Of a stretch of DNA of 64,000 bases, positions 35,816 to 43,655 are shown one piece after another (positions within the stretch are counted from its first letter, which is position 1; each line of letters begins with the position of its first letter). The notes beneath the pieces were generated by a model that did no database searches, was not told where the DNA came from, and saw only the letters and a program-made list of their open reading frames with translations. The DNA comes from Bryobacteraceae bacterium (GTDB lineage Bacteria > Acidobacteriota > Terriglobia > Bryobacterales > Bryobacteraceae): assembly GCA_052145115.1 (NCBI GenBank), contig JBKQPG010000044.1, positions 2,225 through 66,224 on the forward strand. Direction: 5' to 3'. Made by a program: the position numbers and the translations under genes.

Positions 35816-35877
35816 TCACCGCCCATCATAAGCCGTCCGCGGCCCGGCCCGGCACAAGTCTTGGTCGCAATGTCGTT

Positions 35878-36423
35878 TTGAAAGCTATCCGCACCCTTGC
35901 CGAGAGTCTAGACTGGAAGTACACGATGCAGCTCATCCAGGCCGGGAAGCACCAGTACGTGGCCCTCGAGTTTGACCAGGAGCTCCTGCGCCAGGGGGCG
36001 CACGAGAGCGGCTTCGAGATCGAAATCGACGACCAGCCGCGGGTGCTCAATGTGCTGCTGAAAGCGCCTGACCGCGAAGGTCCGCTGCTGGTGTTCGACG
36101 CCGCCGACACGGCCAACACCGGCTGGTTCTCGCGCTGCACCTTTTACATCGATGGCCGCACCGGCGCCGTCCTCCAGACCCCCTTCTTCGTGGCCAACCG
36201 CTTCGATGCGCCCGGCCGGGTCAACCCCAAGGCACTGTCGATCCAACTGTTGAAAGAGCTCCCGGCCCATTTCCGCCTGCCGGGCCGCCAGCCGGTGGCG
36301 GAAAAGACCATCTACGCCGTGTTCTTCAACTTCCTCACGGCGCTGCAGAAGGTCGGCGTCGGGCTATGCGGACCGGGCGCGGTGCGGCCGCTGGCTGGCC
36401 GGACGGACGCTCCGGCGCGCTGA
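35878..36423 (+). CDS. Hypothetical protein
   Basis: TTG-initiated track ORF. An internal ATG at MQLIQAGK is possible. Normal-looking composition, no motif recognised. Confidence 0.45.
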   Translation: MKAIRTLAESLDWKYTMQLIQAGKHQYVALEFDQELLRQGAHESGFEIEIDDQPRVLNVLLKAPDREGPLLVFDAADTANTGWFSRCTFYIDGRTGAVLQTPFFVANRFDAPGRVNPKALSIQLLKELPAHFRLPGRQPVAEKTIYAVFFNFLTALQKVGVGLCGPGAVRPLAGRTDAPAR

Positions 36424-36434
36424 GGGTAGGGCGG

Positions 36435-37802
36435 TCAAGAGCGCGTTTGGACCACCGCCATCGCCTCGGCGACCACGGCTTCGACCTCCTGGCGATAGGC
36501 GTCGCGCAGCTCCGGCGTCGTCGCCTCGAACCGCAGCACCAGCACGGGCTGGGTATTGGAGGCGCGCACCAGGCCCCAGCCGTGCGGGAACAGCATGCGC
36601 ACGCCGTCCACGTCGATCACTTCCTGGCGCGTCTGGAAGTAGGCCTTGACGCGTTCCACCACTTCGAACTTCCTGTCGTCGGGGCAGTCGAGACGCAGCT
36701 CCGGCGTCACGAAGAGCTGGGGCAGCATCTCGGTCTGCGCCGAAAGCGGACGGCCGCTGGCGGCCACGATCTCGATCAGCCGGCAGGCGGCGTAGAGCGC
36801 GTCGTCATAGCCGTAGTAGCGGTCAGCGAAGAACATGTGGCCCGACATCTCGCCGGCCAGCGCGGCGTGCAGCTCCTTCATCTTCGCCTTGATGAGCGAG
36901 TGGCCGGTCTTGTACATCACGGCGTTGCCGCCCAGGCGGCGCAGCTCGTCGTACATCACCTGCGAACACTTGACCTCGCCGATGAAGGTCGCGCCGGGGT
37001 GGCGCGTCAGGATCTCGCGGCCGAAGATCAGCAGCAGCGTGTCGCCCCAGATGACGTTGCCGTGCTCGTCCACCGCGCCCAGCCGGTCGCCGTCGCCGTC
37101 GAAGGCCAGCCCCAGCTCGGCGCCCGTAGCGGCCACTGCGCGCTGGAGGGCTTCGAGGTTCGGCTCGAGGGTCGGATCGGGATGGTGGTTCGGAAAGCGG
37201 CCGTCGGGTTCGAAGAACAGCTCCACCGGTTCCACATTCAGCAACGGCAGGAGCTTGCGCAGAGCCGGTCCGGCCACGCCGTTGCCGGTGTCGAAGACCG
37301 CCTTGACGCGGCGCGGGTATTTGAATTGCGGCGCAATTTCGGCGACGTACGGAGTGAGCGCGTCGAACTTGGCGAAGGCGCCGGCGCCGGTTTCAAAGTC
37401 GCCCTCGCGGACGATGCGTTCGATCTCCTGGATCTGGGCGCCGTAGATGGTGCCGTCGCCCATCATCGTTTTGAAGCCGTTGTACTGGGGCGGATTGTGG
37501 CTGCCGGTGATCATGACGCCGCCGTCGGCTGCCACGCGATGGACCGAGTAGTAAAGCAGCGGGGTCGGCGCGGCGCCGATCGAGGTCACATCGCAGCCGG
37601 CTGCGCGGAGGCCGCGCACGAGGGACTCATGGAGTCGCGGCGAACTGAGGCGCACGTCGCGCCCGACGTTGACGCGCGGGCCTTTATTCCGGCGCAGGAA
37701 TGTCCCCAGCCCGCGCCCCAGTTGCTCGACGCCCGCAGCGGGCAATTCGAGGTCGGCCAGGCCGCGGATGTCGTATTCGCGAAAGATAGTGGGCGGCAGC
37801 AT
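36435..37802 (-). CDS. Phosphomannomutase/phosphoglucomutase
   Basis: TGSHNPPQYNGFK (active-site Ser), FDGDGDR metal loop, GEMSGH sugar-binding loop. 455 aa. Confidence 0.9.
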   Translation of the reverse strand: MLPPTIFREYDIRGLADLELPAAGVEQLGRGLGTFLRRNKGPRVNVGRDVRLSSPRLHESLVRGLRAAGCDVTSIGAAPTPLLYYSVHRVAADGGVMITGSHNPPQYNGFKTMMGDGTIYGAQIQEIERIVREGDFETGAGAFAKFDALTPYVAEIAPQFKYPRRVKAVFDTGNGVAGPALRKLLPLLNVEPVELFFEPDGRFPNHHPDPTLEPNLEALQRAVAATGAELGLAFDGDGDRLGAVDEHGNVIWGDTLLLIFGREILTRHPGATFIGEVKCSQVMYDELRRLGGNAVMYKTGHSLIKAKMKELHAALAGEMSGHMFFADRYYGYDDALYAACRLIEIVAASGRPLSAQTEMLPQLFVTPELRLDCPDDRKFEVVERVKAYFQTRQEVIDVDGVRMLFPHGWGLVRASNTQPVLVLRFEATTPELRDAYRQEVEAVVAEAMAVVQTRS

Positions 37803-37859
37803 AAAGGGAGTAAGGGGTCTGCTTAGCTTCCATCATGCATGATGCCAGACCACTTCCAG

Positions 37860-38249
37860 CTAGGCCGCCGGTTTGGGCAGGTTGTCGCCTTCCAGTTTGG
37901 TAAAGCGATTGACCTGCCTGATGACGACGAAGATGGCCAAGGCGACGATCAGGAACTGGACCGCGTTGTTGATAAGGTTGCCGTAGCCCAGCACCACCAC
38001 GCCCGCTTTCTTGGCTTCGGCGAGGTTGGTGAAAACCGCGTGCTTGGGATTGCTCAGAACCACGAACTGGTTGGCCAGGTCGACGCCGCCGGTGACGATA
38101 CCGACGAGCGGGTTGATGATGTCCTCGACCAGGGAGTTGACAATTTTGCCGAAGGCGGCACCGATCACCACGCCGACGGCGAGGTCGATGGCGTTGCCCT
38201 TGACGGCGAATTCCTTGAATTCCTGCACAAAGCCCATGGGTGGGAGCAT
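37860..38249 (-). CDS. mscL: Large-conductance mechanosensitive channel
   Basis: FVQEFKEFAVKGNAIDLAVGVVIGAAFGKIVNSLVEDIINPLVG matches the MscL N-terminus/TM1. Alternative start at 38237. Confidence 0.9.
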   Translation of the reverse strand: MLPPMGFVQEFKEFAVKGNAIDLAVGVVIGAAFGKIVNSLVEDIINPLVGIVTGGVDLANQFVVLSNPKHAVFTNLAEAKKAGVVVLGYGNLINNAVQFLIVALAIFVVIRQVNRFTKLEGDNLPKPAA

Positions 38250-38345
38250 AACACGAAGCCGCTACCGGTCGGCGAGATTGTGATGGGAACGGGATCCCCG
38301 GCGGGCTCCCTGCGGCAGCCCAGAAGGCGCAAAAAACAAAAAAGA

Positions 38346-38500
38346 GAGGAACAAAGCCAAATGTCGACTTTTCTTTTTAGAATAAGGGACTTAAATGGCT
38401 ATCCTCCGATAGATTATTCGCTATATATTCATTTTTCGAAGAGCACTGATGACGGACCGCAAGAGCGGGCTACCACCCTCAGCTTAGACCCGCTGTCAAG
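38346..38500 (+). repeat. Copy A of the non-coding repeat family
   Basis: GAGGAACAAAGCCAAATGTCGAC..CTTTTTAGA..ACTTAAATGGCTATC-ctcc-GATAG..ATTCGC..TTCGAAGAGC..CGCTGTCAAG aligns with copy B and, in reverse complement, with copy C. Confidence 0.8.
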
Positions 38501-38571
38501 TTGTTTTGACCGGGGCGTCGGCCGGTCGAAAGACCAGGCGCTGAAAATGGAACCCGGCTGGGGGGACCAAA

Positions 38572-38611
38572 CGTCGGCAAGAATGCCGACGCGGCAGACA
38601 GGAATGTCTGC
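38572..38611. repeat. REP-like double hairpin
   Basis: CGTCGGCA-agaa-TGCCGACG, then GCAGACA-ggaa-TGTCTGC. Lies between repeat copies A and B. Confidence 0.75.
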
Positions 38612-38636
38612 GCCACGATGCAAAAACGCGTTTTGA

Positions 38637-38793
38637 GAGGATCAAAGCCAAATATCGACTTTGCTTTTTAGATACAAAGACTTAAGAGGCTATCTTTCGG
38701 GCAGATATTCGCTAATTGTTCGGTTTTCAAAGAACATTCTTGACAGGCGCGCAAATGCGGACTCCCTGATTGATCTTAAGCCCGCGTGTCAAG
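38637..38793 (+). repeat. Copy B of the non-coding repeat family (tandem with A)
   Basis: GAGGATCAAAGCCAAATATCGAC..CTTTTTAGA..ACTTAAGAGGCTATCT-ttcgggc-AGATA..ATTCGC..TTCAAAGAAC..CGCGTGTCAAG. Confidence 0.8.
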
Positions 38794-38816
38794 CACGGGA
38801 AGCATGCCGATCCCCC

Positions 38817-40055
38817 CTACGGCACCTGGACTTTGGTAGCGCGGTCAATTTCGTGCTTTTGGGCGAGGGTGAAGGGGGAGGAGAGGTATTTGCGGGCCTC
38901 GTGGGCAGGGTCGGAGGCGGGGGTGAAGGCAATGGCGGCGGTGTAGGCCTGGAGGGCGTCCTGGCGGCGGCCGCGGATGTCGTAGCACTGGCCGAGGCGG
39001 AGCCAGGCGGAGGGGCCGGAGTTGGGGTCGAGGGCGGCGGCGTGGGCGGTGGCGCGCTGGAGCTGGCCGATGGCGGCGTCGAAGTCCTCATACCAGAAGA
39101 GGAGATTGCCACGGGCGAACTGGATGCGCTCCTGGGGGAGGGTGCGGAAGCCGGGGGCGCCGGTGCGCTTGAGGCGGTCGATGTCGTCGAGGGCCTGGAG
39201 GGCTTTGTCCTTGTCACCCATGTCGGCGTACATCTGGGAGAGCTCGAACAGGACGAGGAAGTTGCGCGGGTAGCGGGCGTGGAGCTGCTCGATCAGAGGG
39301 ATGACCTCCCACGGGCGGCGCTCGCGGCGGGCGATGACGCCGAGCAGGATCCGGGCATCGACTTTGTTGTCGACGCCCTTTTCGGCGACCAGGCGGAGGG
39401 CGCGGATGCCCTGCTCGCGATCGCCGTGGAAGCCGGCGAGGAAACCGATCATGCGGTAGAAGAGGGGCAGCGAGCCGACCAGGTAGTCGTGCATGCCCTG
39501 CATCATGCGCGCGTCGACGCGGGCGGGGTCCATCTCGGTGACGCGGTTGTGGAGCTTGCGGGCAGCGGTAGCGTCGCGGAGGGCGTCCAGCCAGGCCTTG
39601 CGCACCAGGTATTCGTAAGTGCTGCGGAAGCCGAGGGCGATGCCCTGGGCGTAGTGGGCGTCTTCGTCGTTGGGATGGGCGGCGAGGGTCTTGTCGGTCA
39701 GATCGAGCACCGTGTCGATGGAGCTGGAGAAGAGGCGCTGCTCGTCGGGGGTGGGCTCCATTTTGGGCCGACGGAGGAAGGGGTTGCCGCCGGTGACCAT
39801 CTGGCTTTCCAGGGCGCCGCAGCGGTACATCATGCCGAAAAGGACGGCTTCGGCGAGGTGGTTGTAGCGGTCGGGATCGGCGGGGCGGGCGGCGATGGCG
39901 CGCTGGAAGATGGAGATGGCTTCGGGGTATTCGATGTTGTAGAAGTGTTCGAAGCCCGCGGCGACGAGAGGGTCGAGCGGCGGCCGGGGCGACGGCGGCG
40001 CGCTCCGCGGCGGCGCCGCGGCGAGCAGCGCCAGCAGAAGTGTGACGGCCCGCAT
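38817..40055 (-). CDS. Secreted TPR-like helical-repeat protein
   Basis: Signal peptide MRAVTLLLALLAAAPP, then a helical repeat body with TPR-like A/Y/L spacing. 412 aa. Confidence 0.7.
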   Translation of the reverse strand: MRAVTLLLALLAAAPPRSAPPSPRPPLDPLVAAGFEHFYNIEYPEAISIFQRAIAARPADPDRYNHLAEAVLFGMMYRCGALESQMVTGGNPFLRRPKMEPTPDEQRLFSSSIDTVLDLTDKTLAAHPNDEDAHYAQGIALGFRSTYEYLVRKAWLDALRDATAARKLHNRVTEMDPARVDARMMQGMHDYLVGSLPLFYRMIGFLAGFHGDREQGIRALRLVAEKGVDNKVDARILLGVIARRERRPWEVIPLIEQLHARYPRNFLVLFELSQMYADMGDKDKALQALDDIDRLKRTGAPGFRTLPQERIQFARGNLLFWYEDFDAAIGQLQRATAHAAALDPNSGPSAWLRLGQCYDIRGRRQDALQAYTAAIAFTPASDPAHEARKYLSSPFTLAQKHEIDRATKVQVP

Positions 40056-40083
40056 GCGCTCTCCATCCTTTCATATTGGCAAT

Positions 40084-41253
40084 TCACAGCGGCATTTCAG
40101 GCCGGCATTCCGCAGCGGCGTTGGGCTTGGGATTTTCAGGCTGGAATTCGATGCCGGCGGGGCCGGGAACCGGCGGCGCGGCGGACTGCCCGAGGCGCCG
40201 GAGAGCCCAGCGGGCGTGTTCGGCGACGCCGGGATCGGAAGAGGCGGCGAGGCGCTCGAGAACGGGGCGGCAGCGCGGGTCGCCGGAGTTGCCCATGACG
40301 GTGGCGGCGTTGCGGAGCAGGCCGGAGCGGCGGGCGCGCCAGAGCGGAGTGCGGCGGAAGCGGGCGCGGAATTCGGTGTCGGTAAGGGAGGCGATGGCGA
40401 CGGGGTCGGGGCGGGCGTGGAGGGGCTGGAAGGCGGGTTCCGCGGTGACGGGCGCGCGGGAGTTCCAGGGGCAGACGTCCTGGCAGATGTCGCAGCCGAA
40501 GAGCAGGTCGCCGGTGGGGGCGCGCAGGGGCTCGGCCGTGGGGCCGCGCTGCTCGATGGTGAGGGTGGAGATGCAGAGGCGGGCGTCGAGCTGCCACCTC
40601 GGGCCGGAGGGGCCGGGATGGGGAACCAGGGCCTGGGTGGGGCAGGCGTCGATGCAGCGGCGGCAGACGCCGCAGCGGCCGGGTGGGGACGAGTCGGGCG
40701 GGAGGGCGACGGAGACGAGGATCTCGCCCAGGAATAACCAGGAGCCGAGGGGCTGGTTGATCAGGCAGGTGTTCTTGGCGATCCAGCCGAGGCCGGCGGC
40801 CTGGGCATAGGCGCGCTCGAGCAGCGGCGCGGTGTCGACGCAGAGGCGGGCGTCGAAGGCACCCCAGGCTGCTTGCAGGGCGTCGAGGAGGCGTTGCAGG
40901 GCGGCGCGGAGGACGTCGTGGTAGTCGCCGGAGCCCCAGGCGTAGCAGGAGACTCTTCCGGAGCCGGGCGCGGGTTCCGGCTCTTTTGTTTTGTATAACT
41001 TGCCGACGCAGAGGACGCTTTTCGCCGTGGGCAGGAGCTGGCGCGGGTCGGCGCGGGCGGCGAGGCGATGGTCGGCCAGGTAGTCCATCGGGCCAGCTAG
41101 GCCGGCCTCAACCCATTGCCGATAAAAGACAAACTTGGACAGGGGGAGGGCCGGGGCGACGCCGGCGAGCTCGAAGCCGCAGGCGCGGGCGAGTTCAATG
41201 AACCGTCGCCGGGTGGGGGTCTCGCGCTGCGGCGCTATCTCCATGCAAATCAT
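40084..41253 (-). CDS. queG: tRNA epoxyqueuosine(34) reductase
   Basis: Two ferredoxin-type clusters (CGVCRRCIDACP and CDICQDVCPWN), CISTLTIE, and C-terminal HEAT-like repeats. 389 aa. Confidence 0.85.
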   Translation of the reverse strand: MICMEIAPQRETPTRRRFIELARACGFELAGVAPALPLSKFVFYRQWVEAGLAGPMDYLADHRLAARADPRQLLPTAKSVLCVGKLYKTKEPEPAPGSGRVSCYAWGSGDYHDVLRAALQRLLDALQAAWGAFDARLCVDTAPLLERAYAQAAGLGWIAKNTCLINQPLGSWLFLGEILVSVALPPDSSPPGRCGVCRRCIDACPTQALVPHPGPSGPRWQLDARLCISTLTIEQRGPTAEPLRAPTGDLLFGCDICQDVCPWNSRAPVTAEPAFQPLHARPDPVAIASLTDTEFRARFRRTPLWRARRSGLLRNAATVMGNSGDPRCRPVLERLAASSDPGVAEHARWALRRLGQSAAPPVPGPAGIEFQPENPKPNAAAECRPEMPL

Positions 41254-41427
41254 GCTACTACGCTCCAGGGCCTAGTACTGGGGGTGCCGTTCGGCGCGGG
41301 ATATCACCAATCGGGGTCTATTCCTCCCCATTCGACCAGAGTTGGTATTCCCTGGCGGTCGATTTGCGTAAAATTCAGAGGAGAAGAAATCCGTCCGGAT
41401 CATGGTGGTGAGGGAGCCGTTTGAATC

Positions 41428-43551
41428 ATGCATAAACCTGTAAAGTATGTCGAGAAGGCTGCGTCCGTGGCGGCGAACGTCGTGTGGCAGGCCTTTGACA
41501 CACTGAACCAGATCAAGCAGAACCCGGGCTTTACGCCGAAGTGGTCGGAACAGCCGCTACTGAAATCGTACGAAAAGATGAAGCCCAAGCTGGGCTGGCC
41601 GCGGACGACGGATTCGCTGTGCCCCAAGTGCATTCCGGAGATCCGCCAGCAGGTGATTGACGGCAAGAAGGAGCTCAGCATTCTGGTGAACGAGCGGCCG
41701 GGCGAAATCAAGGCCCAGATCATCGAGCGCGACGGCAAGATCCTGATGGTGAAGGAGTGCCCGATTCACGGCCGCTTCGAGGACGTGATGGCGATCGACA
41801 CGGCGTTTTTCAAGCACCTGGAAGAGGTCTTCCCGGGGCGCGACATTCGCGCCCACAACGACGCCGACCTGCATCATCACGGCTCATCGACGATCACGCA
41901 CGGGCGCGGCGCGGTGCTGACGATCGACCTGACCAACCGCTGCAACATGATGTGCGACCCGTGCTTCATGGACGCCAACCAGGTGGGGTTCGTACACGAG
42001 CTGAGCTGGGAAGACATCAAGACGATGCTCGACAACGCGCTGCGGATCAAGCCGCACCGCCAGATGTCGGTGCAGTTTTCGGGCGGCGAGCCGACGCTGT
42101 CGCCGTATTTCCTGGACGCGCTACGGTACTGCGTGCAGGTGGGCTACAAGTCGACCCAGGCGGCGACCAACGGGATCGAGTTCGCCAAGTCGAAGGAGTT
42201 TTGCGAGAAGGCGGCCGAGGCCGGCCTGCGATACGCCTACCTGCAGTTTGACGGGATCGGCAACGCGGCCAATTCGCACCGCAAGGTGGGCAACCTGTTC
42301 GACGTGAAGCTGCGGGCGATCGAGAACCTGCACTCGGCGGGGGTGGACATTGTGCCGGTGATCACGCTGATCAACGGCATCAACAACGAGCAGGTGGGAC
42401 GGATCATCCAGTTCGCGCTCGACAACCCCAAGAAGATCAGCTTCCTGAGCTTCCAGCCGGTGTCGTTCACGGGGCGCGATGAGGCCGTCACCGACGAGCG
42501 CCGCCAGGCCCAGCGCTACACGCTTTCGCACCTGGCGCACGACGTCAAGAAGCAGACCGGGCTGGGCGAGCCGACGCGCGACTGGTACCCGATATCGTTC
42601 ATGGGCACGTTCTCCGACTGGGCCGACCTGGTGCACGGGCCGGCGGCCGACTGGGGCCACCTGAGCTGCGGCTGCCATCCCAACTGCGGCGTGGGCATGG
42701 GCGTGATGATCGACAAGGAAACCAAGGAAGCGGTGCCGGTGACGGCGTTCCTGAACGGCGACCGGCTGGCGCGCGACATTCAGCGGATCAACGATGCGGC
42801 GCGCGGACGGTTTCTCTCGGTGGCGGGCATGGCGCTGTCGCTGATGCGCAACTACAACCCGTTCACCGCGCCCAAGCACTTCAAGCTGGCCGACCTGCTG
42901 CAGAAGTTCGACAAGACCTTCGGCGCCACGGGCCAGACCTATGGCAAGACCGGCGCGGGGCGCACCAAGGAGGACATCGAGCGGCGGCGCAAGGACCGCT
43001 GGAATTTCCTGTTCATCGCCGGGATGTGGTTCCAGGATCTGTTCAACTACGATTTCCGGCGCACCGAGCAGTGCATCATTCCCTATGCCACTCAGGAGGG
43101 CGAGATCAGCTTCTGCGCTTACAATACCGGCGTCGGCTGGCGCAATATCGTCGAGAAGATGCACATGACTGCCACTTTGACCAAATGGTACGAGGAGCAC
43201 GGGCGGCACGAGATCTTCGCCGGCGGCAAGAAAGTGGCGCTGAATTCCACCGAGCATGCGCTGGTGCTGCGCGAGGAGATCGTCACCACAGAGGTGCAGC
43301 ACGACCTGGACAAGCTGGGGATCGCCAAGACGGCGCGCGAGGAGAAGATGCGGGCGCGCGACGAGCGGCTGAAGAAGATGCAGGATGAGGAGAACGCCAA
43401 GATGCTGGCGCTCTACAAGAAGCACATCCTGAAGGAGCCCGAGTTGAACCTGGTTCAGATTGCCGGACCCAACGGCGGGATCCAGGCCGCTGCCAAGCCG
43501 GCTGCGGCGGAGACCGAACAGCGCGAGGAGATCGGCAGCTTCGGCGACTGA
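41428..43551 (+). CDS. Radical SAM enzyme, Tes/GDGT-MAS (MJ0619-like) family candidate
   Basis: N-terminal SLCPKC...ECPIHG knuckle, CNMMCDPC (Cx3Cx2C), QFSGGEPT, ATNG, YLQFDG, FQPVSFTG, then CGCHPNC and CIIPYAT..EISFCAYN. 707 aa with a Lys/Glu-rich tail. Confidence 0.75.
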   Translation: MHKPVKYVEKAASVAANVVWQAFDTLNQIKQNPGFTPKWSEQPLLKSYEKMKPKLGWPRTTDSLCPKCIPEIRQQVIDGKKELSILVNERPGEIKAQIIERDGKILMVKECPIHGRFEDVMAIDTAFFKHLEEVFPGRDIRAHNDADLHHHGSSTITHGRGAVLTIDLTNRCNMMCDPCFMDANQVGFVHELSWEDIKTMLDNALRIKPHRQMSVQFSGGEPTLSPYFLDALRYCVQVGYKSTQAATNGIEFAKSKEFCEKAAEAGLRYAYLQFDGIGNAANSHRKVGNLFDVKLRAIENLHSAGVDIVPVITLINGINNEQVGRIIQFALDNPKKISFLSFQPVSFTGRDEAVTDERRQAQRYTLSHLAHDVKKQTGLGEPTRDWYPISFMGTFSDWADLVHGPAADWGHLSCGCHPNCGVGMGVMIDKETKEAVPVTAFLNGDRLARDIQRINDAARGRFLSVAGMALSLMRNYNPFTAPKHFKLADLLQKFDKTFGATGQTYGKTGAGRTKEDIERRRKDRWNFLFIAGMWFQDLFNYDFRRTEQCIIPYATQEGEISFCAYNTGVGWRNIVEKMHMTATLTKWYEEHGRHEIFAGGKKVALNSTEHALVLREEIVTTEVQHDLDKLGIAKTAREEKMRARDERLKKMQDEENAKMLALYKKHILKEPELNLVQIAGPNGGIQAAAKPAAAETEQREEIGSFGD

Positions 43552-43580
43552 GCGGGCGCGAACATTCACATGGCGAAGGA

Positions 43581-43609
43581 ACGCCCGGCGGCAAGGCCGG
43601 GCGTTTTTG
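43581..43609 (+). terminator. Intrinsic terminator after the radical SAM gene
   Basis: Perfect 9-bp stem ACGCCCGGC/GCCGGGCGT, 6-nt loop, followed by TTTTTGTT. Confidence 0.75.
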
Positions 43610-43655
43610 TTGCCGCGGCCGGGAATGTGGCGGGCGGCGGCGCGGGCAGGCGCGT

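Noticed and set aside
38360-38460. Small peptide apparently conserved between repeat copies A and B (MSTFLFRIRDLNGY... versus ISTLLFRYKDLRGY...)
   Set aside because: Copy B lacks the ATG (it has ATA). Copy C has a 1-nt indel that destroys the frame after about 10 codons. The similarity is better explained by nucleotide-level conservation of a non-coding element.
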